Part shown: piece after piece, positions 1 through 9,164 of the stretch
Position numbering within the stretch: the first letter of the stretch is position 1
Layout of the letters: every line of letters starts with the position of its first letter
Origin: an uncultured Bacilli bacterium
GTDB lineage: Bacteria > Bacillota_I > Bacilli_A > RF39 > UBA660
Direction of reading: 5' to 3'
Assembly: GCA_947626035.1 (NCBI GenBank)
Contig: CANQQR010000001.1
Location: forward strand, 13,096 to 77,095
DNA: 64,000 nucleotides
The notes under the pieces: generated by a model
What the model was told of the DNA's origin: nothing
The model's input: only the letters and a program-made list of their open reading frames with translations
The model's database searches: none
Made by a program: the position numbers and the translations under genes

Positions 1-179
1 GAACTTTATCAAGAAAGATACCCTGATATGTCAGTTGCCCATCTAGGACACGCAAAAGCAGTCCTGAGTTTTCTGGAAAAGATAGTTTAAAAATGACGAG
101 AGGCGGGCTTCCCGCCCTCTCTTTCTTATGCTCAGCGCGTCTTCAGTCCAGACGCGCCGCAACTCATTATTTAGTAATA

Positions 180-211
180 CTGCACAAAAATTCTGGATCA
201 ATTTTGTGCAA
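180..211. promoter_or_regulatory. Palindromic operator-like site TGCACAAAA-N12-TTTTGTGCA; variants at 1014-1051, 1789-1825, 2854-2890 and 4490-4520
   Basis: Perfect 9-bp inverted repeat; recurs upstream of early cassettes next to a GCCTATTG motif and a TATACT-like -10. Confidence 0.5.
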
Positions 212-423
212 TTTGCCTATTGTAGTCTATCCCAGAATCTGCTATACTATAATTATTCCAAGGGAGAACCCACTGAGCCACAGGTCGAGTGTGGGGCGGC
301 GGTTGGAAGTCGCAATAGACAGTACTACCTTAGGGTATCCGCAAGGACGGAACGCACGTGGAATTAAGATACGAGATTGCGCATAGTATCGAAAATCTTC
401 CTTGGAAAAATTTTAAAAAAGTA

Positions 424-452
424 TTGACAAACAAAAGAAAAAATGCTATAAT
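424..452 (+). promoter_or_regulatory. Consensus sigma70-type promoter (TTGACA-17-TGcTATAAT) driving family-A paralog 504-923; near-identical copy at 4612-4640
   Basis: TTGACA at 424-429, TATAAT at 447-452, 17-nt spacer, extended -10 TG; conserved leader caaggtaagaaaaacaaaaa then AAGGAGG RBS. Confidence 0.6.
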
Positions 453-503
453 GTATTTACAAGGTAAGAAAAACAAAAAACAAATTTTAAGGAGGGTTTT
501 ACA

Positions 504-923
504 ATGGCAGACAAGAAAGTTACTAAGAAGGATCGTTACAATGTACTGATTGAGATGGTGCAGGCGTCGGAACTGGAGAATAAGGACGAGTACGTCGAAT
601 TCCTGAAGCATGAAATCGAGCTTTTGAGCAACCGCTCTAGCAAGTCCGGCTCTACCCCGATCCAGAAAGCAAACAATCGTCTGATTGCTCTGTTAAAGGA
701 TATCCTGGGCGAGCAGGAAAGTCCGGTGACTATCACCAACCTGATGGCAGATCCGCGTCTTGCAACCTACACGGTAGAGAAAGCTGACGGCGTTGTCACC
801 GAGGTTATGACCAACCAGAAGCTGTCCAGTCTGATGAAGAAGCTGGTGGACGCGCACGAGGTTGACAAGACCATCATCAAGAAGGTCGCGTATTTCTCTC
901 TGACCGCGGAGCTGGATGACTAA
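504..923 (+). CDS. Early protein, paralog family A (copy 1 of 3), unknown function
   Basis: Strong promoter and RBS; GC3-rich codon usage unlike flanks; paralogs 4695-5084 and 15462-15866 share motifs QKAN, DPRLATYT.EK, MTNQKL. Confidence 0.6.
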   Translation: MADKKVTKKDRYNVLIEMVQASELENKDEYVEFLKHEIELLSNRSSKSGSTPIQKANNRLIALLKDILGEQESPVTITNLMADPRLATYTVEKADGVVTEVMTNQKLSSLMKKLVDAHEVDKTIIKKVAYFSLTAELDD

Positions 924-934
924 TCCCCACTACT

Positions 935-961
935 GAGAGGGCGCAAGCCCTCTCTTTTTTA
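935..961 (+). terminator. Rho-independent terminator after 504-923
   Basis: GC hairpin gagagggcgcaagccctctc followed by a T-run; a second GC hairpin follows at ~965-1000. Confidence 0.55.
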
Positions 962-1113
962 TTTGGCGGTTCGCCATGGGGCGCGGCGAACCGAGTTTCA
1001 GAACTTAGTAATATTGCACAATTTTCGTGGATCAAGTTTGTGCAGTATGCCTATTGTATTTTCTCCTGAAATAGTGTATACTTAGACTATCAAATGAAAG
1101 AGAGGCAATTAAT

Positions 1114-1326
1114 ATGAAAATTGAAAACAAAGTAAAAAACACTGTGGAATTTCAGAACTTACACATCGGCGATGTCTTTATGTTTAATGCAAAGTATCTC
1201 ATGGTGACAGATACTGACCGCCTTGTTGTTGACTTAAGGGATGGTGCTTGCTATTATCCAGAGGATTTAGGTATTGATGGCTATGATGAAGTGCCTAAAG
1301 TTGAATGTACCTTATTGGTAGAATAA
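1114..1326 (+). CDS. Hypothetical small protein
   Basis: ORF with upstream operator-type promoter. Confidence 0.4.
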   Translation: MKIENKVKNTVEFQNLHIGDVFMFNAKYLMVTDTDRLVVDLRDGACYYPEDLGIDGYDEVPKVECTLLVE

Positions 1327-1337
1327 GGAGGGATGAT

Positions 1338-1712
1338 ATGCTTGCTTTTTACAATGCTGAGTATATTACATACCATAATGATAAAGAATTAGGACGGGAG
1401 TGGGCGAAGGGTTGCTGTGAAGAAAATGAACTTGATAATGAAATTATTGATATTTCATGGGATAATTTGACAGAGATGTATCGCCGCTATGGACTGGCTT
1501 TATATTTTAATTATATGAATCTTAAAAAAGGACGCATTGTATGTCCATTTGATAGCTTTAAAACTATTAAAGAATGGAAAGAACCATTAAATATTAGACT
1601 TGTAGCAAAATATGAGACAGAAGAACCTAAAATAATTGATGTATTAAAATGGCACGACCAAAAGCAAGCAATTCAATATTTGCAGGAAAGAAGTTTAAGT
1701 ATTCGGGGCTAG
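1338..1712 (+). CDS. Hypothetical protein
   Basis: ATG at 1338 preceded by AAGGAGGG RBS; terminator hairpins at 1718-1770. Confidence 0.45.
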   Translation: MLAFYNAEYITYHNDKELGREWAKGCCEENELDNEIIDISWDNLTEMYRRYGLALYFNYMNLKKGRIVCPFDSFKTIKEWKEPLNIRLVAKYETEEPKIIDVLKWHDQKQAIQYLQERSLSIRG

Positions 1713-1889
1713 AGCAATCTAGCCCTCTCTTTCTATGCTCGGCTCGCGATGCACCACCGCGAGCCGCAATTCTCTTTTTAGTAATGTTGCACAAAAATCT
1801 TGTGGCATTTTTGTTACTTTTGCCTATTGAGCTTTTTCCTTAAATAGTTTATACTAGTATCATCAAGAGAGAGAAAGAGAGGTAATGAA

Positions 1890-2060
1890 ATGAGACACCA
1901 CCTGCTGTATTTTAAAACAATTAAAGAATGGATTGACCTGTGGGAATATTCATTCTGGTATGAACGAATTGGAATTGTTATAGGGATTATACTTGATATA
2001 ATCTTATATGTGTTATTTATTATATTCTTTGCTATCGTTATTAAGGAGGTAATGAAATGA
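1890..2060 (+). CDS. Small hydrophobic membrane protein (57 aa), not in supplied ORF track
   Basis: ATG at 1890 after GAGAGG RBS; one predicted TM helix; stop overlaps start of next gene (ATGAAATGA). Confidence 0.35.
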   Translation: MRHHLLYFKTIKEWIDLWEYSFWYERIGIVIGIILDIILYVLFIIFFAIVIKEVMK

Positions 2061-2512
2061 AGGTTTTAGTCTTTGATATGGACGGTACAATCGCTGACCT
2101 GTACGGCGTTGAAGGTTGGTTAGAAGCTCTCAGAAGTTTCGATGAATCGCCCTATACCGACGCCCGCCCGCTTTATGATATGGAAAATCTCAATATGATA
2201 TTGCAGGCTCTTAAAAATCAGGGATGGCACATAGTGGTAACAAGCTGGTTATCAAAATGTAGCAATAAGGAATATGATAACAAGGTGCGGAAAGCAAAAA
2301 AAGACTGGCTCGATAGATATGAGTTCCCATACAATGAAATACATTTCATTAAGTATGGAACGACAAAAGCAAATTGTACTAGGAAGCTTGGCGGTCGCCA
2401 GATTTTAGTGGATGATAATGAAAAAGTACGGGCGGGCTGGACTCTTGGTGAAACAATCGACGCTAATGAAGATATAATAAGAGAATTAATAAATTTAATA
2501 AAGGAGGACTAA
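2057..2512 (+). CDS. HAD-superfamily phosphatase, 5'(3')-deoxyribonucleotidase-like
   Basis: N-terminal motif VFDMDGTIADL (HAD motif I, DxDGT); size and layout fit NT5C-type nucleotidases. Confidence 0.5.
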   Translation: MKVLVFDMDGTIADLYGVEGWLEALRSFDESPYTDARPLYDMENLNMILQALKNQGWHIVVTSWLSKCSNKEYDNKVRKAKKDWLDRYEFPYNEIHFIKYGTTKANCTRKLGGRQILVDDNEKVRAGWTLGETIDANEDIIRELINLIKED

Positions 2513-2515
2513 GAA

Positions 2516-2743
2516 ATGAAAGTAGTAGTAAGATTTGAAGGTAAGAGAGAGGTTGATATTCCAGACGCATGGCTGGAATATGATGCAATGGGTGAGGGTC
2601 ATCCGTACTATGCACCCTACGACCTACGAGATGATGCACCAGTTGTTATGGGCTCACATTCCATTCTATTACCGCCAGAATACGCAAATTTGGAGGTATG
2701 CGCAATCGAAGACCCGGACGGTAAGACAATTGCAGAGTGGTAG
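2516..2743 (+). CDS. Hypothetical small protein
   Basis: ORF with AGGAGG RBS; terminator 2744-2767. Confidence 0.4.
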   Translation: MKVVVRFEGKREVDIPDAWLEYDAMGEGHPYYAPYDLRDDAPVVMGSHSILLPPEYANLEVCAIEDPDGKTIAEW

Positions 2744-2767
2744 GAGCGCGGTTTCCGCGCTCTTTTT
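2744..2767 (+). terminator. Rho-independent terminator
   Basis: Hairpin gagcgcggtttccgcgctc plus T-run. Confidence 0.55.
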
Positions 2768-2996
2768 ACTTGGCGGTGCGTTTTGGCACAAAACGCACCG
2801 AGTCTCTAAATCTTCTATTGTACCACATTTTTCGCTCCCTGTCAATAGGCAAATTGCACAAACCTGGAGATCCCGATTTGTGCAATATTTTTGAAAAAAG
2901 TTCTTGACCTTTTTGTAGGTGTGTGATAGAATATACTTGTAAGGAAGATAACACCTTACATAAATAAAAAACCTATATGAAAGAAGGAATGAAAAC

Positions 2997-3974
2997 ATGA
3001 AAAAGAAGTACTACTTAACACTGGACACTGAAACCGCAACTTTACCTTTTGCTAACTCTATGTGTAAAACCGCAAAAGAGAAGCAGAAAATCGCTATCGC
3101 GAAACCGCTTGTATATGATATTGGATGGACTATAACCGATAGGGCAGGGAATGTTATAAGGAATGAAAACTACCTGATTCAGGAAACATTCTTTGTACCC
3201 AACGTATTCAATACCGCATATTATAAAGACAAAAGACCTATTTACATGAAGTTACTGGAGGAAGGAAAGATTAAAACCGCTTGCTGGAATGACATTATAA
3301 AGGTACTAATTAAAGATTTAGATAGTTGCGATTTAACCACCGCCTATAATGCCTGTTTTGATTTTAAGAAAGCTATTCCCTTTACAGAGCGATATATTTA
3401 TCATCTGTATCGCGCAGACTATAACGAGTGGGAAACAATGCAAAAGAGAATGTGTAAGAAAATCCTTGCGGGGCAGGATGAAAGCGAAAACCCGGACTAC
3501 TTAACGCCAGTATTCAAAATCCGCGGGCGCGAATATCCGATAGCTGATTTGTGGGGTATCTCATGTGAAAGACTTATCAACGCTAACAAGTACCGCGATT
3601 ATTGCTTACAGAATAGACTTCTTACGGCAAGCGCGTTATACTTCAAGACAAGCGCGGAAACTAGCTTTCAGTACCTTATGAAAAATCATGAATTTGTGGA
3701 AGATCATACGGCATTGAGTGACGCGCAAATCGAAGCACAAATTCTTACAAAAGCACTCAAGAAGGGCAAGGTAGAACCGCAGATAAATGCGTTCCCATTC
3801 CGCGACCTGGGCACAACTTATGAATACGTATTAAAAAAGCCCAAATATAAACAAGTGGTGATTGACCTACTGAATGAATATTATGAAGCTTATTCACTTG
3901 AGCATGGTCAAAACGCATGGATAACAAAAATCGAAAATATCTTGCGAACGTTAGAACATGGGGACGAGGGTTGA
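2997..3974 (+). CDS. DEDDh-type 3'-5' exonuclease (DnaQ/RNase T-like)
   Basis: Exo I motif LTLDTETA near N-terminus and Exo III-like HTALSDAQ motif; 325 aa. Confidence 0.5.
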   Translation: MKKKYYLTLDTETATLPFANSMCKTAKEKQKIAIAKPLVYDIGWTITDRAGNVIRNENYLIQETFFVPNVFNTAYYKDKRPIYMKLLEEGKIKTACWNDIIKVLIKDLDSCDLTTAYNACFDFKKAIPFTERYIYHLYRADYNEWETMQKRMCKKILAGQDESENPDYLTPVFKIRGREYPIADLWGISCERLINANKYRDYCLQNRLLTASALYFKTSAETSFQYLMKNHEFVEDHTALSDAQIEAQILTKALKKGKVEPQINAFPFRDLGTTYEYVLKKPKYKQVVIDLLNEYYEAYSLEHGQNAWITKIENILRTLEHGDEG

Positions 3975-4000
3975 AACCCTCTCCCCAAAGGAGGAAAAAC

Positions 4001-4375
4001 ATGACAAGAGAACAAGAGATACAACACCACATGAAGCAATTGAAAATTTCAAGAGAAGAAGCAGAACAGCTTTACAAGGATGATCACAGCGATACCGTGC
4101 TTCCAGAGGTTGCGGAAATGGAAGTAAAAGCAAAGAAAATGAAACGTAGGTATGAGGGTGATACTAAAGCGCGGGTTCCCGCTCAACGCGAAAAGAAGCT
4201 AGACCCTGTCAAAGTTGAGGTAATCCAAACGATCGCTAAGAACTTGACCAGATGCGTACTAGATGACAAGCTGGGCGAACCGCACGACATTGATATCGTG
4301 AACCCACAGCGTGAAGTTAAATTCAAGATTGGGTCAGTAAACTACTCGGTCACTCTGACCCGACACAAGGGATAG
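4001..4375 (+). CDS. Hypothetical protein, paralog of 5186-5593
   Basis: ATG at 4001 after AAAGGAGGAAAAAC; shares ...R(E/D)EA.Q...D and ...FKIG..Y..L(T/I)R(H/K)K C-terminal motifs with 5186-5593. Confidence 0.45.
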   Translation: MTREQEIQHHMKQLKISREEAEQLYKDDHSDTVLPEVAEMEVKAKKMKRRYEGDTKARVPAQREKKLDPVKVEVIQTIAKNLTRCVLDDKLGEPHDIDIVNPQREVKFKIGSVNYSVTLTRHKG

Positions 4376-4611
4376 GCGTAAGCCTATCCCTTTAAGCATC
4401 GGCCGGCACGCGATGAACCGCCGCGTGCCGAATCTTCCATTATACCATACCTTGGCAACTTTGTCAAGCGAAATTTTCAACAACTTTGCCCAAACTTTTA
4501 TCCCAAAATTTGTGCATTTTTACTCTTGTGCTTTCCGCGCCTATGTGATATACTAGTATCATCAAGAGAGAGAAAGAGATTTAAAAAGCCAAATAAAAAA
4601 TTAAAAAACTC

Positions 4612-4640
4612 TTGACAAACAAAAGATAAAGTGATATAAT
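4612..4640 (+). promoter_or_regulatory. Consensus promoter for family-A paralog 2
   Basis: TTGACA 4612-4617, TATAAT 4635-4640, same leader as 424-500. Confidence 0.6.
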
Positions 4641-4694
4641 AAAGCTACAAGGTAAGAAAAAACAAAAATAAATTTTTAAAGGAGGAATTAAGTT

Positions 4695-5084
4695 ATGACA
4701 AAGAAGGAAATGTTTGAAAAGGTAATTGCACTGGTGGAGTCCGCAGAAGTTGAGAACAAGGATGAAATTCTGGAGAAGCTTAACCATGAGGTGGATATGC
4801 TGAACAGTAGAAAGAGTTCGTCCAAACCTACCGCGGTTCAGAAGGCGAATGACGTCCTTATGAAGCTTGTTAAGGAGATCCTGGCGGAACAGGAGAATCC
4901 TGTGTCTGTAACTGAACTCATGCAAGATCCGCGCCTTGCTACGTATACCATTGAAAAGGAAGATGGCCCCTCGGTTCAGTATATGACGAACCAGAAGCTT
5001 ACCTCTATCCTGGGTAAACTGTGTGACGTTAAGGAGGTTGTGAAAACGGTAGAGAAAAAGAAGTCCTACTTCTCTATTGCCTAA
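4695..5084 (+). CDS. Early protein, paralog family A (copy 2)
   Basis: See 504-923; same promoter and leader architecture. Confidence 0.6.
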   Translation: MTKKEMFEKVIALVESAEVENKDEILEKLNHEVDMLNSRKSSSKPTAVQKANDVLMKLVKEILAEQENPVSVTELMQDPRLATYTIEKEDGPSVQYMTNQKLTSILGKLCDVKEVVKTVEKKKSYFSIA

Positions 5085-5185
5085 TGGGTGGGTGGGGTAT
5101 ATCCCTACCCACCTAAAATCAAAAATTTGATTTTAAAAAATTTTTTTGATATAATTATTATATCAAAAGAAAAGAGGGAATTAGC

Positions 5186-5593
5186 ATGACATATAAGCTA
5201 GGGAAACGCACAATCAGGATTCCAGATTCAGATATTGCGCGGTCGGTGGAAAAGTTAGGCATAACCAGAGATGAAGCAATCCAGATGTGGTTAGAGGATG
5301 AGGGATACCTGGAGAATGAAGAGCAAGAAGCCTTGGAGCGGAAAGCTAAAGAAAATCGCATAACCGCAACTATTCATCAGGCAAGCGCAGTCGATGTTCA
5401 AAAGAAAACTCAAAAGGAGAGAGTGAGAAAAGAAGATCCAACAAAGGAGCTAATTATAGCAAAAACCGCGGAATTTCTTAAAGAATATGCGGAAAATGTT
5501 ACAATAATTAACGTTGGAAAGCTGATTTCATTCAAAATTGGCGATGATGATTATGAATTTAACCTAATTCGCAAGAGAAAACCTAAAAAATAG
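5186..5593 (+). CDS. Hypothetical protein, paralog of 4001-4375
   Basis: ORF with GAGGGAATTAGC RBS; paralogy by shared motifs. Confidence 0.45.
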   Translation: MTYKLGKRTIRIPDSDIARSVEKLGITRDEAIQMWLEDEGYLENEEQEALERKAKENRITATIHQASAVDVQKKTQKERVRKEDPTKELIIAKTAEFLKEYAENVTIINVGKLISFKIGDDDYEFNLIRKRKPKK

Positions 5594-5647
5594 CACGGGC
5601 GGGCGCTAAAAAGCGCCCAAAACCTCGCAAAATGGAGGAAAATAACA

Positions 5648-5872
5648 ATGTATCATGTATTTATTGATGCTGGCGGTGAAGTGTTATGTAAAACTGTGGA
5701 TGATGCTATTGACTATGTAAGAAATTGGGTTAGTGAAAGAGGAGCCTTAAATAGTCTGACTTTTGACTTCTCTAACTGGGATATGAAATATATTGTTTTT
5801 CACATAGATCATGATGGTTATTATTGGCTAGGATGTATTGAGCTTTTACCTATTTGGAATAAGGAGGAATGA
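5648..5872 (+). CDS. Hypothetical small protein
   Basis: ORF with GGAGG RBS. Confidence 0.35.
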   Translation: MYHVFIDAGGEVLCKTVDDAIDYVRNWVSERGALNSLTFDFSNWDMKYIVFHIDHDGYYWLGCIELLPIWNKEE

Positions 5873-5875
5873 TAC

Positions 5876-6100
5876 ATGGATTTTATTTGGTATCTTAACT
5901 GGGAGAATGAATCAGTAGCATTTTCTACTAAAAAGCAGGCTATTGAATATGTAACTAAGAGAAGCGAAGATGCAGATTGGGGCTTGCAGTGGGATGAATC
6001 ATTGGAAGATTACATTAGTTTTATTTCAACTTGGTACGATGGTGGAGAAGAAACTTATGTTATTAAAGCTGTGCCATTCAATCCAGACCCGGAGAGCTAG
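5876..6100 (+). CDS. Hypothetical small protein, weakly similar to 5648-5872
   Basis: ORF coupled to upstream gene; terminator hairpin 6108-6140. Confidence 0.35.
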   Translation: MDFIWYLNWENESVAFSTKKQAIEYVTKRSEDADWGLQWDESLEDYISFISTWYDGGEETYVIKAVPFNPDPES

Positions 6101-6276
6101 ATTCGCCGGGTCCTGATCTGGCATCAGGACCCGCTTTCCGCATTTTCACCTAGCATATGCAATTTTTCCCTGGAATTTTTGATCCTCCCCATAGCGCGAT
6201 TCATCCCGAATCAATCTCACCCCTCAACACCTCGCAAGATCCACCTTACCTACCTACCTCTTCCCAACCTGACCCC

Positions 6277-6740
6277 ATAACGCCACAGACCCACAACCGC
6301 CGCTCTTATAGCAAAAAATTGGTTCCTCCCGCCCCATTTTTTTATTGCTCTAACTGAGTTATTTTAACACCAAACTGCTACATTATTAAGTTTACGAGTA
6401 TTTCTCCACATTTTATATAACTTGCTTCAGAGAAGCTCGTATAACGCCACAGACCTACAACCGCCGCCTATAGCAAAAAATAGACCTCTCCGCTAACTCT
6501 TTTATTATAGTCTAACTAAGTTAGCGTAAGCCTAAACTGCTACATTATAACATTTCCGAGTCTTTCTCCATTCGAAAATCTTCTTGCCTCAGGCGGGGTC
6601 CCTCGCCCTATGACGGCCACATACCCGCAAACCGCGTTTTCTAAGTCCCTCCCGCGGCTCTTTTATTATAGTCTAACTAAGTTAATTTAACCCCATTTTG
6701 CTACAAATATACCCCGACGAAACTTTGTAAGTCCAAATTT
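6277..6740. repeat. Approximately three tandem direct repeats of ~164 bp (iteron-like), non-coding
   Basis: Unit ataacgccacagacc(c/t)acaaccgccgc...ctaactaagtt...aaactgctacatta... starts at 6277 and 6441; a partial third copy lies at ~6615-6735. Confidence 0.6.
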
Positions 6741-6874
6741 TTTCTCAGCTCAGATTGGCAGCTGAATTAAAATTTAAATACTTTATTGACTTTTGAAAAA
6801 AATTATGATATAATATATACATAAAAGATAGGAGATATTTTACTATTCACTTTTGTGTAAAGGAGAGCTGACTA

Positions 6875-7284
6875 TGGATATTAATAAGACTATTGCTGAG
6901 ATGATGAAAGATATGTCTGAGGATGACGTTAAGGCGGCGGTTAATAAAGCCATTGCCGCGGAGAGGATTCGCAGAGAAGCGGAGGCCGAAGCTAAAAAGA
7001 AAGCATCAGCTGCCTCAGAGCGGGATAATGTAGCTCAGTTACGGCGCATTGCCGCGAACACTATGTCTGGCTATATGAAGGCCGCGATGCCCAAGATTTT
7101 TGGTGATATTGACAATCTTGCGGACCAGATTGAGGAAGCGTTCATTGAGACCGAGGAGGAGTTTAACAGAACCAGAACTATGTTCGATATTATCATGGAC
7201 GCTCTTGAGGATGAGGACAAAGACAGTTCCAAAGAAACTGAAGATGATGATGTGATTGCAAACTTTTTAAGGCACCTCAGTTGA
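6875..7284 (+). CDS. Hypothetical acidic coiled-coil protein
   Basis: ATG 6875 after AAAGGAGAG RBS; consensus late-type promoter at ~6780-6815. Confidence 0.4.
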
Positions 7285-7675
7285 GAGGTGCCTTAGATGC
7301 AGTACATTGAAAAACGAATAAGGAGCTAGGGTAAGGGTAACGATGAACCTGCAAAGGATGAGGAAGACGGTGCCTGCCCACCACACTTCCTCAATCTTTA
7401 ATAATTTTAATTATTTCTGCTTTCACACTTCCTTAATCTTTACAATTTTAAGTAATCTTTATTCATCTTAAAAGATTTTTTTAACATCTTTTCAACCTTC
7501 CGCACCTTTTATCTACATTCATACGTATAATCTCTATATTCTTTTTAATAATTATGACACTCCTCCATGTTATAAATATTATACCCTATTCTTCTATTCT
7601 ACCTCTTTTATCAAAATAAAATTCAAAAACCAGTTTTGGAAATCATTTTTCAAATTTAAAAATGAAATTTTCAAA

Positions 7676-8074
7676 CTACCTCTGCCCATTTTCCACCTCC
7701 ATCAGTGGTTCAACACTTCCCATACCACTCAGCCTATCTGCTGCCCACTTCAAAATCTCCGTTATACTATGATCATCCCACATAGACTCATCAAACTCAG
7801 CAGATGCCTTCGCAACAACTTCCTTCTCCTTGTCACTCAAGGGCCTAATTTCACCATCTACATTATCTTCAACAACTTCATTTTCCTTATCCTTAAAACT
7901 CAAAAATACACTATCCTTCTGCTCTTGTGTTAATGGCTCAACCTTACCACCTAACACTTCACTAATCAAATCAGCAAAACGCGGCTTGCTTTCCGCAATT
8001 CCGCCAAAACTCTTCTTCTCTTCTGACATCCATAAACCTCCTAACAAAACTCCGCGGCTTGAGGTTACTTTCAA
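7676..8074 (-). CDS. Hypothetical protein
   Basis: ORF on minus strand; first gene of a minus-strand block. Confidence 0.35.
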   Translation of the reverse strand: MKVTSSRGVLLGGLWMSEEKKSFGGIAESKPRFADLISEVLGGKVEPLTQEQKDSVFLSFKDKENEVVEDNVDGEIRPLSDKEKEVVAKASAEFDESMWDDHSITEILKWAADRLSGMGSVEPLMEVENGQR

Positions 8075-8196
8075 ATCGAGGAATGAAAGCGCGAAGCGCT
8101 TGAATGACGAAGATTTGAAAGTAACCGAATGAGATATGAATTATATCGAGGAATGAAAGCGCGAAGCGCTTGAATGACGAAGATATAATTCATATC
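8063..8196. repeat. Twin long hairpins with an identical 34-nt loop-region motif (core shown in evidence) on different 15-bp stems
   Basis: Hairpin A 8063-8126 has stem ggttactttcaaatc/gatttgaaagtaacc; hairpin B 8133-8196 has stem gatatgaattatatc/gatataattcatatc; shared core aggaatgaaagcgcgaagcgcttgaatgacgaag. Confidence 0.6.
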
Positions 8197-8204
8197 GAAC
8201 TACT

Positions 8205-8280
8205 TAATAAAAGTTAAATATATAATATATATATTATATATATAATATATATTATAAGTTAAATAATAAAAGTTTTATAA
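8205..8280. repeat. Long AT-only palindrome (TA-repeat dyad)
   Basis: aaagttaaatatataatatatatattatatatataatatatattataagttaaataataaaagtt reads nearly the same on both strands. Confidence 0.55.
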
Positions 8281-8356
8281 TAGCGATTTAAAAGGTCTTC
8301 TATTTATATATTATCTAAATTTTTAACATCTGCTTGGAGAATCCATCAGAAAATTT

Positions 8357-8962
8357 TTAACACGCCGCTCTCTGAGGTCTATTAGTCACGCTCATAATCA
8401 CTATCTCTCTATGGTCAACATCAGTTTGAACCAACTTATACTCAATAAAATGCAATTCTTGAAGTACATATAAAATATTATTAATAACATGATTGTTACT
8501 TGTAGTGGTTGCCGCGATTCCAATAAAAGACTTCATTTGATTCATAGTAACAATAAAAGACTGTTCTTTATTAGCTATATATCTATTTAATAAATATACA
8601 TAAATACTAATAGTATATTGGCCTAAAGTATCTGTAAGCATTTCTAAAGTATCCAATGGTATCAATGCAGCATCTGCCTTATCAAGATAATTCAATCTGT
8701 AATACTTAGGTCTCACAGGATCTTCTTCAACCAAGCCAATCTTCAGCAAATCTTTAAACCTAGTAGAAGCAGTTTGTCTACTAATCTTCATCTTTTCACC
8801 AAGTGCTACATAATTAATTAATTTCTTTTCTACATACCTTCCGCCATCAAGTAATACTGACTCTTGCTGTAAAATTCCATAAAGTAAATCATTGTATTTC
8901 TTGTCAGCAGTATATTTTTTTGTATCAGGAATTTGTCTTGAATTACTCTGAATTGTTAGCAT
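8357..8962 (-). CDS. Putative DNA-binding protein (winged-helix-like)
   Basis: Segment ISRQTASTRFKDLLKIGLVEE resembles an HTH; function otherwise unknown. Confidence 0.35.
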   Translation of the reverse strand: MLTIQSNSRQIPDTKKYTADKKYNDLLYGILQQESVLLDGGRYVEKKLINYVALGEKMKISRQTASTRFKDLLKIGLVEEDPVRPKYYRLNYLDKADAALIPLDTLEMLTDTLGQYTISIYVYLLNRYIANKEQSFIVTMNQMKSFIGIAATTTSNNHVINNILYVLQELHFIEYKLVQTDVDHREIVIMSVTNRPQRAAC

Positions 8963-9164
8963 ATGTTTTCATCTCCTTTCTATTCTTTGATATTATACTT
9001 AAAAATTAAAATATAACGATTTAACTTTAACGCCCAACCATAAAAACTTTAACATATTTATTAAGAATAGAAAAAATTAAACATATTTGCTATCATCAGA
9101 AAAATTCTAACATATCTTGCATTTTAAGAAAAACCTTAACACGATTTTTTAACATTGACTAAAA

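Noticed and set aside
330-611. Minus-strand ORF 330-611 and similar antisense ORFs opposite early genes (e.g. 536-739, 4581-4925)
   Set aside because: They are opposite strongly signalled plus-strand genes and promoters. Their Phe/Leu/Ile-rich translations are typical of antisense reading of AT-rich DNA.
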